A stretch of 64,000 nt of DNA. Origin: Pseudomonadota bacterium (GTDB lineage: Bacteria; Bdellovibrionota_B; Oligoflexia; Silvanigrellales; Silvanigrellaceae). Below the pieces are notes generated by a model that was given only the letters and a program-made list of their open reading frames with translations, made no database searches and was not told the DNA's origin. Below are positions 27,839 to 37,056 of this stretch, piece after piece. The DNA is taken from positions 5,093-69,092 of the forward strand of contig JBEGJP010000317.1 of NCBI GenBank assembly GCA_041184525.1, given 5' to 3'. The first letter of the stretch is position 1; each line of letters opens with the position of its first letter. Made by a program: the position numbers and the translations under genes.

Positions 27839-28585
27839 TCAGTGTCCGCCGTGCATGCCGCGCAGACGTTCACCCAGCACCTTGGGGCTGTGACTTTGTG
27901 CAATTCCTAAAACGCCGATCATCGCCATTTCGCGCGCAACCTTTTTGTGATGACACATGCGTTTGATCTTTTTTCCTGCAGGGAGCGCAAAAAGGTTTGC
28001 CAAACCCACGCCGTAAATCGTCGCAATGAAGGCTGCCGCAATTCCGGGGCCGATGGCGTCCGGATTGCTGAGGTTGAGCATCACCACCATCAACCCCAAC
28101 ACGGCTCCAATGATTCCCACTGTAGGAGAAAATGCACCTGCGTCTTCCCAAAACTTCGCCGCAATTTCCTCTTCTTCATAAAGAAGGGCGATTTCGCCTT
28201 CGAGCACTTCCTGAATGACGTGTGGTTCGGTGTTGTCCACCAGCATTTGAATGCCTTTGGCGAGGAAGTGGTCTTGCAAGTTTTGGACTTCCTTTTCCAA
28301 CGCGAGGAAACCGTCTTTACGTGCAAGTTGCGCGAGTCGCTCGACGTCAGCAATCAACTGATCGACATTGATCTCTGGGCCTTTTAAAAACAGCCCCAAT
28401 GATTTGACTGAATGGACAACGTCCTTCATCGGGTAGCCTGTCACAACAGCACCGATGGTACCCAAACCCACGATACAAAGCGCGGAAACACCCCAGAGAT
28501 TGGACAGCGGAACGTGTTTGATGAGTGCAGTACCGATAACAGAAGCAATTCCAAAAATGGGCCCTATGATACTGCTGAGTTCCAT
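27839..28585 (-). CDS. motA: Flagellar motor stator protein MotA
   Basis: It has a 4-TM MotA/TolQ/ExbB-type topology and the C-terminal channel motif PGIAAAFIATIYGVGLANLFALP. It lies directly upstream of motB. The ATG at 28585 follows GGGGGA. Confidence 0.8.
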   Translation of the reverse strand: MELSSIIGPIFGIASVIGTALIKHVPLSNLWGVSALCIVGLGTIGAVVTGYPMKDVVHSVKSLGLFLKGPEINVDQLIADVERLAQLARKDGFLALEKEVQNLQDHFLAKGIQMLVDNTEPHVIQEVLEGEIALLYEEEEIAAKFWEDAGAFSPTVGIIGAVLGLMVVMLNLSNPDAIGPGIAAAFIATIYGVGLANLFALPAGKKIKRMCHHKKVAREMAMIGVLGIAQSHSPKVLGERLRGMHGGH

Positions 28586-28678
28586 CTCACTTCCCCCTGC
28601 CAAATCAAAAATATCCTACCAGATCGGCGACATGGGCAGGGTGGAGGTTTTGACAGGGAAAAAAAGACAGTAGGAGTG

Positions 28679-29527
28679 TCAGTCGCGGAAAAGGTTTTTC
28701 AGGACAAAGAAAATATTTTCTTTGCGTTCCGCCAAACGGCGCGAGTAGTAGGCTTGCCAGTGCTCGCCGTAGGGAAGATAGACGGTCATGTTGTGACCTT
28801 CGGCGGCTATTTTTTCCCACGTTTTTGGTCTCATGCCATAAAGCATCTGGAATTCGTAGCGCTCTCTTGGGATCGCATGGGTGTGGATTTCTCGTTTGCA
28901 GAAATCAATGATTCCGTCGTCATGACTGGCAACGCAGACCCGCTGACTTTCCTTCAGCAGGCGTTGCACGAGCTTTTTGTAGTTAGCAACGATGTCAGGC
29001 ATTTTTTGAAGAGCGTGTTCTGGTTTTTCTTTGTAGGCCCCTTTGCACAAACGCAAACGACCGTTGGCTTTCAGCACGCGCTCCACGTCTTTTTCAGTTC
29101 TGTGCAGGTAGGCCTGCAAAACTATTTCGGGTGACTTGAATTCCTGAGCTGCAGCCTCATACATCCGAAGGGTTCTCTCGGTGTAGGGTGTTCCCTCCAT
29201 GTCGAGAGCGACGCGGTTTCCGCTGGCATCGGCCTTTTGGAGAATGCGTTTGAGGTTGTCAAAACAAACGTCTTCATTGACGTCGAGTCCGAGCATGGTC
29301 AGCTTGACAGACACATGTGACTGCAGTTTTTTTTCTGCGATTTGTCCAAGCATGTCGACGTACTCATCCGTACACGAACGCGCCTGTTCCAAATTGGTGA
29401 TGTTTTCGCCAAGCAAATCCAGAGTCACTGCGATATTTTTCGTGTTGAGTGATGCCGTTTGTTGCAGGGCTTCGTCCATCGTGGCGCCCGAAACCCATCG
29501 TTTTGCGTAGAATGGAATACTTGACAT
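28679..29527 (-). CDS. Proline dehydrogenase (monofunctional PRODH family)
   Basis: PRODH barrel motifs are present (VSVKLTMLG, VALDMEGTPYTERTL, LQAYLHRT, RLCKGAY, VASHD, EFQMLYGM). The ATG at 29527 is internal to the track ORF. Confidence 0.8.
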   Translation of the reverse strand: MSSIPFYAKRWVSGATMDEALQQTASLNTKNIAVTLDLLGENITNLEQARSCTDEYVDMLGQIAEKKLQSHVSVKLTMLGLDVNEDVCFDNLKRILQKADASGNRVALDMEGTPYTERTLRMYEAAAQEFKSPEIVLQAYLHRTEKDVERVLKANGRLRLCKGAYKEKPEHALQKMPDIVANYKKLVQRLLKESQRVCVASHDDGIIDFCKREIHTHAIPRERYEFQMLYGMRPKTWEKIAAEGHNMTVYLPYGEHWQAYYSRRLAERKENIFFVLKNLFRD

Positions 29528-29543
29528 GGTGTCCCCAAATGAG

Positions 29544-29574
29544 AATTGGCGCAGTCTTGTGAACTGCGCCAATT
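29544..29574 (-). terminator. Perfect 11-bp-stem hairpin between ORF 29642..29944 and prodh (possible terminator/attenuator)
   Basis: AATTGGCGCAG (29544-29554) pairs with CTGCGCCAATT (29564-29574) around a 9-nt loop. On the minus strand it is followed by the only partly U-rich TCTCATTT. Confidence 0.45.
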
Positions 29575-29641
29575 CATCTTCATCAATTGAGCTGACAGGT
29601 CAAGCCACTAAATGAGACCGCCGCTCTTCAACATCCGAGTG

Positions 29642-29944
29642 TCATCTGCCCTGATGAGGACCCTGATTGGTTTCTTTCAGGTCAGACATGAGTTGGTTGA
29701 TCCGTTGGATACTCGCCTTAATACGCTCCAACCGAGAGGCCAATTCTTCTTCGCGGCGTGCAGTGGGCTGCACCGGAGTCGAGTTGTCGTGCAGGAGGTT
29801 GAAGGTGTCTTGAACCCCTCTGCGCTTGTCGCCGGTCATAGACTTTTTCAGGCGGAAAGCCTGAAGGTCGACGACCACTGCCCCCTCAGAGGACTCCTGA
29901 GCTGCCCGACTGATTTCAAACCGCTCAAAATTGCTGTTCTGCAT
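29642..29944 (-). CDS. Hypothetical small protein (100 aa, C-terminal coiled-coil-like)
   Basis: This is the only plausible frame. The segment EEELASRLERIKASIQRINQLMSDLKE is helical. It runs in the same direction as its neighbours. Confidence 0.5.
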   Translation of the reverse strand: MQNSNFERFEISRAAQESSEGAVVVDLQAFRLKKSMTGDKRRGVQDTFNLLHDNSTPVQPTARREEELASRLERIKASIQRINQLMSDLKETNQGPHQGR

Positions 29945-30014
29945 GGTTCACCCCGCCCAACCAGAAACGTATGAGTGTTGCTTGTTCCGGAGCCGGATCT
30001 CCGGACAACACCCG

Positions 30015-30260
30015 TTATTTGATCCGGTAACTCTTCAGAACGTTCTTGTTCGCCTGCTCGCGTTCTTTCCGCAAACGAAGCTGATTGGCCCTGTTGCGTT
30101 CTGCAACTTCGTTGAAGCTGCTTGCGTCACACGCCACAGCCGAAGACGTGGGCTGTGCCGAATCACTTGCTCTCGCAGCTGTCGCAGAAGTCGCAGCTGT
30201 CGCAGCTGTCGCTGTTTTAGTTGCGCTGCGGCGAGAGAAGAGGTTGATGACGTTATCCAT
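30015..30260 (-). CDS. Hypothetical small protein (81 aa) with a T/A-rich low-complexity centre and basic C-terminus
   Basis: The ATG at 30260 lies 8 nt downstream of AAGGAG. The sequence is MDNVINLFSRRS...TATAATAATSATAA...NRANQLRLRKEREQANKNVLKSYRIK. Confidence 0.6.
   Translation of the reverse strand: MDNVINLFSRRSATKTATAATAATSATAARASDSAQPTSSAVACDASSFNEVAERNRANQLRLRKEREQANKNVLKSYRIK
30172..30216 (-). repeat. Five imperfect tandem 9-bp units (GTCGCAGCT-like) inside the 81-aa ORF
   Basis: Read directly as CTCGCAGCT GTCGCAGAA GTCGCAGCT GTCGCAGCT GTCGCTGTT. They encode the TAATAATSATAA tract on the minus strand. Confidence 0.85.
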
Positions 30261-30574
30261 GTGAATGACTCCTTCAACCAAAGTGCTTACGGGTGGCCTG
30301 TGGATTCTGGCCCTCCCTGAGGGAGGATGCCTTGCAGAGGGGTGAAGCAGACACCGTGCCAGCTCCGCAAGGCCACATCCGGAAGCAATGAATACAAACG
30401 TTTACAACAACAAACCGGCTGGGAGACTTGAAAAAGCCTCTGTTAAAAGAGTTGTCAGTGCTCACCAGCGTTGGGGGCTCGTAGCGAAAAAAACGAGACT
30501 GGACAAGCGGTCAAGTGGATTTTTTTTTATTCACTAAAGCTACATAAATGCTGGTGATTTTGTGTCAATTACAA

Positions 30575-31408
30575 TCAATGGATGGAAATTCTGAGGGTTG
30601 CGGCCAGCACGTCCGCTTGCATCAGGAGGGCCATAAGATGCTCTGGATTGGCAAACCACCGGATATTTTCAGAAATCCTCTTCAGGACAAAATATTTTCG
30701 ATCGATGGGAAGGGAGTCCAATTCAACGGTGAGGCGGTTGGGTTTTGAGAATAAGTACATGATATTGCTAACTGAAATTGTAAAAATACTGAGCAAAAGT
30801 GCTATTTTTCCAAGAGACAAGAGCCAAGGGGAAAAGGGCACTGAAATGAGGGCCTTTCTGGGAAAGGAGTCGAGCCCAAGATAAAGACAAAACAATCCCA
30901 TGTTTCGCACGGGCATCGCCGCAATGCGTGAATTTTCAAACGTGTCGGTTCTGGCAAGCTGCCGGCTCAAGGCCCAAGTGCGCCGGCTCATTTGCGAAAG
31001 CCCCTCCCCGAGAGAAAGAAAGCGAAGTCGACCCCAGTTTTTCTCGCGATCTCTCCGCACTACCTCTTGCTCCCAACGAACCACGGACGCCCATCGGATA
31101 TACATTCCGGGCAAAACCACGACACGGAGAAAGAGGATCGAGAAAACTGCCGCCTCCCAGTGTGCGTGCATGGCGCTCGTGTGTGAGAGGCCACTCAAGG
31201 GGGGAATTGCAGCAAGGAGAGGCAATGAGCAGATCATGGCGCTGAGGAGCGTGATGCCCCGAAGCGGAGCAATCAGTGGGGTACCGGCCGACAAAACGAG
31301 GTTCCAGACCAGCGACCTGAGAACTCCCGCAGGAAAGAAAAGACGTGAAAGCGGCAGGCCGCTGAGGGAAACGCCGAGAACAATCGTGGCCAGCCACGCA
31401 GCGTTCAT
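30575..31408 (-). CDS. Hypothetical integral membrane protein (~6-7 predicted helices)
   Basis: The translation is hydrophobic on the minus strand, while the plus-strand alternatives are Arg-rich nonsense. The ATG at 31408 overlaps the stop of the upstream small zinc-finger ORF (ATGA). Confidence 0.55.
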   Translation of the reverse strand: MNAAWLATIVLGVSLSGLPLSRLFFPAGVLRSLVWNLVLSAGTPLIAPLRGITLLSAMICSLPLLAAIPPLSGLSHTSAMHAHWEAAVFSILFLRVVVLPGMYIRWASVVRWEQEVVRRDREKNWGRLRFLSLGEGLSQMSRRTWALSRQLARTDTFENSRIAAMPVRNMGLFCLYLGLDSFPRKALISVPFSPWLLSLGKIALLLSIFTISVSNIMYLFSKPNRLTVELDSLPIDRKYFVLKRISENIRWFANPEHLMALLMQADVLAATLRISIH

Positions 31409-31662
31409 TTCAGGAAGTGACACTCGTTGAGAGTTGTGCGCGACCCATCGGGGCTTTTCACAAGATTCTCATCGCGGGAGAGAATTGCGGGAGGGTGGTT
31501 CTTGGCTTCAAACAAAGTGACGCCACAGTGAGGACAAAGAACTTTTGTTTCACTCACCGGTGCTTGACCTTCTTCGAAGGCAATGTGGAATCGGCGCCTG
31601 CACACAGAGTTGTCAATTTCAATTTTTCGGTAACTCAAGTCCGCCTGTGTCGTGGGGCTCAT
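31405..31662 (-). CDS. Small zinc-finger-like protein (85 aa, C-x4-H ... C-x2-C)
   Basis: The ATG at 31662 is preceded by a strong AGGAGGAG. The motif is IEIDNSVCRRRFH...VLCPHCGV, resembling a CHCC-type zinc finger (from memory). The track ORF is over-extended. Confidence 0.6.
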   Translation of the reverse strand: MSPTTQADLSYRKIEIDNSVCRRRFHIAFEEGQAPVSETKVLCPHCGVTLFEAKNHPPAILSRDENLVKSPDGSRTTLNECHFLK

Positions 31663-31796
31663 GATTCTCCTCCTGATCCTGATGCTCGATAGGTAGCTCA
31701 CTTCCGAGGTCGTTTCAATCCGCCCGGGTTGTCTGAAACGAATTGAAAGGGTTATAAGGTTCGCACAGATTGCAACCAGACAGAGGAGGATTTCTG

Positions 31797-32606
31797 ATGG
31801 CAGGTGGATTGCTCGAGGGAAAACGAGGCATCGTCTTCGGCGTCGCAAACAACAAATCACTGGCTTGGGCTTGTGCTCAGGCGTGCGCAGCCGAAGGGGC
31901 ATCCTTGATGTTCAATTATCTGGGGGCAGCTCAGGAAAAGCGCCTGAACGATCTGCTGACCGACATTCCCGGCGCCAAGGCCATGAATTGCGATTTGGGC
32001 AAGGACGAAGAAATTGCAGACTTCTTCAATTGGGTCAAAACGCAATGGGACACCATTGATTTTGTCATTCACTCTGTTGCTTATACTGACAAAGAATGTC
32101 TCAAGGAACCGTTTGTCAATACAAGCCGTCAGCAGTTCGTTTCTACCATGGACATTTCCGCATTCACGCTGGTCGCTGTGGCCAAACAGGCTGCACCTCT
32201 CATGCGCAACGGCGGCAGCATAGTCTCTATGTCATACTATGGTGCAGAAAAAGTGGTGCCGAACTACAATGTGATGGGGGTGGCCAAGGCTGCGCTTGAA
32301 GCCTGCAACCGCTACTTGGCTGAAGATCTCGGCCCACAAGGCATTCGCGTGAATTCCATCAGTGCCGGCCCCATCCGGACGTTGTCCTCCAGTGCCATTC
32401 CGGGGATGCGCAATATGTTGGACTACAGTCAGAAGTTTTCCCCTCTCCGCCGCAACATCACCGGAGAAGACGTGGCAAAATCGGCCCTGTATCTTCTTTC
32501 CGATTTGGGTTCTGGTGTGACGGGTGAAAACCTGCATGTGGATTGCGGCTACCACGTGATGGGGATGTTCCGTGAGGAGTCTGTGACGAGCCCCGCAGCG
32601 CATTGA
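31797..32606 (+). CDS. fabI: Enoyl-[acyl-carrier-protein] reductase (NADH)
   Basis: The motifs GKRGIVFGVANNKSLAW and SYYGAEKVVPNYNVMGVAKAALE (Y-x6-K) are present. GAGGAGGA lies before ATG 31797. Confidence 0.9.
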   Translation: MAGGLLEGKRGIVFGVANNKSLAWACAQACAAEGASLMFNYLGAAQEKRLNDLLTDIPGAKAMNCDLGKDEEIADFFNWVKTQWDTIDFVIHSVAYTDKECLKEPFVNTSRQQFVSTMDISAFTLVAVAKQAAPLMRNGGSIVSMSYYGAEKVVPNYNVMGVAKAALEACNRYLAEDLGPQGIRVNSISAGPIRTLSSSAIPGMRNMLDYSQKFSPLRRNITGEDVAKSALYLLSDLGSGVTGENLHVDCGYHVMGMFREESVTSPAAH

Positions 32607-32631
32607 TGTTCATTGACGTGAGGACGACAGA

Positions 32632-33870
32632 GTGTTGAGCCGCTTTGACCGTTTGATCTTTTTTGAGGTCCTGTCTCTGACGCTGGTCATTTTGGCCATC
32701 CTCAGCACTGTCATGTTTCTTTTTCGTCTGCTCTCACTCACGGATTATCTCGTTTTGACTCAAGAGGGGCTGTTGTCTCTCCTGATGTTTGTCATTTTTG
32801 TTGTTCCAAATATCCTCAAGCTCACACTTCCAATTTCACTGCTGGCGGCCTCTGCCATTGTCGTGGTTCGGATGTCAGGCGATCGCGAGACGGAAGCTTG
32901 GATGGCTTCGGGAGTCAGCGTTCTGCGCTTTTGCCGCGCCCCACTTCTGTTGGGTTTGTTGTTCGCATTCATTGCTGCAGTCAGTGCTCTCTATATGGAG
33001 CCTTATGCTCGGCAGCAGTGGCGAAAATTCAAATGGATGCATGCCCGCAAAGGGTTTGAGTCGCTGATGGAGAACCGCCTGCGGGAGAAAACTTTCATCG
33101 CCGATTTATTCCAAGGAGGGGGATCAAAGATCGCTTTCTACGTGGACAAGATTGACGAAAAACGTCTGAATTTTCGTGGTGTCTTTTTAGGTATCAATAG
33201 CGAGGAAGAAGGGCAGGGCTCGCAGATCCTCACTGCAGAGTCGGGGGCCCTGATCAAGGACACCGCCGGCGGCGGGTACGATTATATTTTTGCGCTCAAA
33301 AATGGCCGACTGCACCAGCCGCTGTCTGAAGGGACTTGGAACGTCATGACTTTTGACAGTTTGAAAATATCACTCGTCAACATGTTCCAAAAACAATTTG
33401 AAATTGGGCAGTTTGATACCAATGATTTGCGTTCTTTTTATCCCTCGGCTTACCTCAAAGAATTGAGGGAATTGAGGACACGTTCTGATTGGGGGAGCAA
33501 CCAGCGTTCGGTGCGGGACCACACTTATTTTTACGAGCAAATCGTGGTCCCGTTGTCCTGCCTCTTTTTTCCTCTGATTGGAGTGTGCTTGGGCTTGCAG
33601 GATCCGCGCCGGAGGACGGGAATTGCTTACCTTGGTTTGATGTGTGTGGTGTTTGCGTTTTATGCCCTGATCATGTTGGGGCAGCAAATGGCAGTCCAGT
33701 TCATCACGTCGCCTGAGGTTTCCCTTTATTTGCCGCTGTTGGCTCTGCTGGCGATGAGCGCCGTGATCCTGTTTTGGCGGCAGCGCCATCCGCCGTCCAC
33801 TCCTTTTGCAGAGTTTATTGCCCTCGACACGAAACTCATCTGGGCAGGAATCAGCCGGAGGAAAAGGTGA
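32632..33870 (+). CDS. lptF: LPS export ABC permease LptF (YjgP/YjgQ family)
   Basis: The N-terminus (FDRLIFFEVLSLTLVILAILSTVMFLF) and topology are typical of the YjgP/YjgQ family. It is paired with a second family member. Confidence 0.75.
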   Translation: MLSRFDRLIFFEVLSLTLVILAILSTVMFLFRLLSLTDYLVLTQEGLLSLLMFVIFVVPNILKLTLPISLLAASAIVVVRMSGDRETEAWMASGVSVLRFCRAPLLLGLLFAFIAAVSALYMEPYARQQWRKFKWMHARKGFESLMENRLREKTFIADLFQGGGSKIAFYVDKIDEKRLNFRGVFLGINSEEEGQGSQILTAESGALIKDTAGGGYDYIFALKNGRLHQPLSEGTWNVMTFDSLKISLVNMFQKQFEIGQFDTNDLRSFYPSAYLKELRELRTRSDWGSNQRSVRDHTYFYEQIVVPLSCLFFPLIGVCLGLQDPRRRTGIAYLGLMCVVFAFYALIMLGQQMAVQFITSPEVSLYLPLLALLAMSAVILFWRQRHPPSTPFAEFIALDTKLIWAGISRRKR

Positions 33871-34958
33871 TTTTTTACCGCTACCTTCTGCGCGAATTTT
33901 TTAGGCTCTACTTCGGTATTTGTGCGACCTTTCTCCTCATTTACTGCGTCATTGATTTTCTTGAGAAGAACACACGCTATTTTCCAAGATTCGGAGCGAC
34001 TTGGCAGGTTATTTTTGAATATTACCTTGTCCAGTTGCCAAAAATGTTTGTCGATGTGAGCCCTTTTGCGGTCATGTTCAGCGGCATTCTCACAATGTGG
34101 ATTTTTGCACGCAGTGGCGAAATTTCTGCTCTGCGTGCTGCTGGTCAGCCTGTGCGCAGGATCTGTCTTCCCTTGATTGTCACGAGTGGAATCATTTCTT
34201 TAGCTTGTTTTCTGATATCCGAGTGGATTGTGCCTCCGGCGATGTTGCGTTTGCAAAAAGTTGAAACGGTTAAAATCGAGAAGTCGGCTCTGTCAAAAAT
34301 GTTTTTGGAGAGCCAGTGGGTCAGGGGGGCTGATTCCATTCTTCACTTTAAGAAACTCAATCAACTTGAGCGCTCGCTGGTCGAACCCGAATATATCGTA
34401 TTGCGCAATAAGGTGGATGTGGCCCAAATTGTCCATGCGGACAAAGCTGTCTTTGATTCAAAGAAAAATGTTTGGTCTCTCTTGGATGCGCGTGTCACCC
34501 ATTTCTCCGACTCGGGCGAACTCTCTGCCAGCACCAGACAAACCGTTTTCTTGACGAATGTTTCATCGCAGCCACCCAAACTCCTGCGTGAGGGAATCTC
34601 ATCCGACTTGGTCAGTTTTCGGGAATTGCGACGTGTCCTCAGGGAAAGCAGTTCGGGCGGCGGCGCCATGGCAAGCCGTGAGGCCGACCTTTATCAAAAA
34701 TTGAGCGCGCCGTGGGCCAATCTCGTTTTTGCCTTTTTTGCATTGCCATTCGCCTTGCGCCGTGAGCGGCAGGCAGATACATATATCGGAATTGTCATTT
34801 GTTTGCTGACTGCTGCTGTCTATTGGGGCGGTTCAGCGTCCATGCGCACCATGGCTGGCGCGGGAACGTTGTCTCCCTCATTGGCTGCATGGCTTCCACC
34901 TGTGGCATTTCTGTGTCTTGGGTTGGCATTGATGCTGCGAGTTGATCGGAGAAGCTGA
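33867..34958 (+). CDS. lptG: LPS export ABC permease LptG (YjgP/YjgQ family)
   Basis: The GTG at 33867 overlaps the lptF stop (GTGA) and follows GGAGG. The sequence is IFYRYLLREFFRLYFGICATFLLIYCVIDFLE... Confidence 0.75.
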   Translation: MIFYRYLLREFFRLYFGICATFLLIYCVIDFLEKNTRYFPRFGATWQVIFEYYLVQLPKMFVDVSPFAVMFSGILTMWIFARSGEISALRAAGQPVRRICLPLIVTSGIISLACFLISEWIVPPAMLRLQKVETVKIEKSALSKMFLESQWVRGADSILHFKKLNQLERSLVEPEYIVLRNKVDVAQIVHADKAVFDSKKNVWSLLDARVTHFSDSGELSASTRQTVFLTNVSSQPPKLLREGISSDLVSFRELRRVLRESSSGGGAMASREADLYQKLSAPWANLVFAFFALPFALRRERQADTYIGIVICLLTAAVYWGGSASMRTMAGAGTLSPSLAAWLPPVAFLCLGLALMLRVDRRS

Positions 34959-35932
34959 TGAAAGATTTGCGATCCATTTTGAGAGCCGTTGCGAAAGGTA
35001 AAGTGGAAGTGGAGCGAGCTGAATCGCTGATTCAGGAGCTTTTTGAAGCTTCCCACGGAAATGGTGTTGAAGATGCCGGCCGCACTTCGACCCGAGCCAA
35101 GAGACGTCCGACGTCCCAGACGGCGGGCCGAGGAATATCCAAAGCGCGACAATCGTTCGATGCTGCTCTCGCTCAGCTGGGTGAGCGTGTCAGTCTCGAT
35201 GCGCTGCTGCAAAAATCAAAATCACTGGGCAAGAAGGTTGAATTCCGTCCCGAGCATTCCGGATTTGATGCAAAACTCTCTATCTTTTCGGACGTTGAAG
35301 TCAGTGCCGACAGTCAGGTCGAGGCGAATGCCATCTCTGGTTCGCAGTGGAAAAATGTGTCCTTTCTGGATCAGGCAGAGGTGCGCAGGAACCATTTCAC
35401 AATTTCGCAGATTTCGGGTTTGAAGTGCAGCCGCTCGGACTTTTCGTCCAATGAATTGGGGCTGGCACGATTGGCTGACGTGACGATTGCGGAGTCGCGC
35501 TTTGAAAACAACCGTCTCTCCAGAAGCCAATGTCAGGACTTCTCGATGACGGAGTCCGACTTCACTCACAACAAGCTTCTCCGGACTGAGGTCTCCGGCG
35601 TTGTCTTGAACGCCAGTCGCATCGCCAATGTGGTTTTGAACTCGAGCCGCTGGAATGAGTGTGAATTTGACCAATCCGACGTCCAAGGCATCCGTTTTGA
35701 GGGGTGTCTCTTTGATGAATGTCGATTCGTCAATTGTGAGTTGGTTTCAGCACGTTCCGAAGTCTTAGAGGGGCTCAGGGTCAAAGGAAAATCCTTTGAA
35801 GGCCTGCGTTCTGTTGCAGAATTCAAAGCCTTGTTTGAACAAAGTGCCGGCGAGGCTTCACAGCCGACCCGAGCGGAAGGGGAGCCTCCCAAGCAGGGGA
35901 GGAGACATCGCCCGCACCCAGCGAAACGTTGA
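34958..35932 (+). CDS. Pentapeptide-repeat protein
   Basis: The C-terminal ~190 aa are A(D/N)LxX-type pentapeptide repeats (e.g. SRSDFSSNELGLARLADVTIAESRFENNRLSRSQCQDFSMTESDFTHNKL). The ATG overlaps the lptG stop by 1 nt. Confidence 0.7.
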   Translation: MKDLRSILRAVAKGKVEVERAESLIQELFEASHGNGVEDAGRTSTRAKRRPTSQTAGRGISKARQSFDAALAQLGERVSLDALLQKSKSLGKKVEFRPEHSGFDAKLSIFSDVEVSADSQVEANAISGSQWKNVSFLDQAEVRRNHFTISQISGLKCSRSDFSSNELGLARLADVTIAESRFENNRLSRSQCQDFSMTESDFTHNKLLRTEVSGVVLNASRIANVVLNSSRWNECEFDQSDVQGIRFEGCLFDECRFVNCELVSARSEVLEGLRVKGKSFEGLRSVAEFKALFEQSAGEASQPTRAEGEPPKQGRRHRPHPAKR

Positions 35933-35968
35933 ATTTAGAGTTTGCCCAACCATAGAAAGGATTCAAAT

Positions 35969-36976
35969 ATGACAATTCGAGTTGGTATCAATGGATTTGG
36001 CCGGATCGGGCGTTGTGTGACGCGTGCTCTTCAAAATAACAAAGACATCGAATTGGTGCTCATCAACGATCTCACCAACTCATCCACGCTGGCCCATTTG
36101 CTGAAGTACGACTCGGTTCATGGCACCTACTCCGCTCAGGTGGAAGCGCGTGAGAACGCACTCGTGCTCGGTGGCAAGTCGGTTCAAGTGACAGCCATCA
36201 GCAATCCTGCCGAAATTCCTTGGGGCCAGAATAAAGTGGATGTCGTTCTTGAATGCACCGGCCGCTTCACCAAGGGTGAAGAGTGCGCGACGCATTTGCG
36301 GGCGGGTGCACGTAAAGTGATTTTGAGTGCTCCGGGCAAGTCCGTCGACAAGACGATTGTCATCGGTGTGAACGACTCCGAATACAATCTGAATGAACAT
36401 CATGTGGTCAGCAACGGTTCGTGCACGACCAACTGTCTGGCACCTGTTGCACTGACGGTTCATGAAGCTTTCGGGATCCGCAAAGGTTTGATGACCACGA
36501 TCCACTCCTACACCAACGACCAGCGCATTCTCGATCTGCCTCATTCGGATCTCAGGCGTGCGCGCGCTGCAGCGCTCAGCATGATCCCGACGAGCACAGG
36601 AGCCGCAAAGGCGATTTCTGAAGTTATTCCTTCGCTCAAAGGCAAGCTGCACGGATTTGCCGTTCGCGTGCCAACACCGAACGTGTCATTGGTTGATGTG
36701 ACCTTGGAATTGGAAAAACCTGCAACGGCTGAACAAATCAACGCAGCTCTGAAGTCGGCTGCTGAAGGTCGTTTGAAGGGCGTGTTGGGATACAGCACCG
36801 AACCTTTGGTGAGCTGCGATTTCAACGGAAGTCCGTTCTCCAGTATTGTCGATGCTGAGTACACGACTGTCATCGGCGACAATATGGTCAAGATTTTGTC
36901 TTGGTACGACAACGAGATGGGATTCAGCAACCGCATGGTCGATCTGACCCGCTTGGTGGCAACGGGAAAGCGCTGA
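35969..36976 (+). CDS. gap: Glyceraldehyde-3-phosphate dehydrogenase
   Basis: The motifs INGFGRIGR and SNGSCTTNCLAP (catalytic Cys) and the C-terminal WYDNE are present. Confidence 0.93.
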   Translation: MTIRVGINGFGRIGRCVTRALQNNKDIELVLINDLTNSSTLAHLLKYDSVHGTYSAQVEARENALVLGGKSVQVTAISNPAEIPWGQNKVDVVLECTGRFTKGEECATHLRAGARKVILSAPGKSVDKTIVIGVNDSEYNLNEHHVVSNGSCTTNCLAPVALTVHEAFGIRKGLMTTIHSYTNDQRILDLPHSDLRRARAAALSMIPTSTGAAKAISEVIPSLKGKLHGFAVRVPTPNVSLVDVTLELEKPATAEQINAALKSAAEGRLKGVLGYSTEPLVSCDFNGSPFSSIVDAEYTTVIGDNMVKILSWYDNEMGFSNRMVDLTRLVATGKR

Positions 36977-37004
36977 CTTTTTCTTTGTTACTTTGAGAGA
37001 AGTA

Positions 37005-37037
37005 GGGGCGTCCGTTTTTGCGGACGCCCTTTTTTTT
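37005..37037 (+). terminator. Rho-independent terminator after gap
   Basis: A 9-bp stem, GGGCGTCCG (37006-37014) with CGGACGCCC (37021-37029), is followed by T8. Confidence 0.85.
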
Positions 37038-37056
37038 GCGGCATCCGCGGTCACAT

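Noticed and set aside
26892-28585. The possibility that the MotA/MotB pair is the core of a Zorya-like anti-phage system.
   Set aside because: Both proteins have ordinary stator sizes (about 248 and 299 aa). MotA lacks the long cytoplasmic tail of ZorA. No ZorC/D/E-like genes are adjacent; the neighbours are cysE and proline dehydrogenase.
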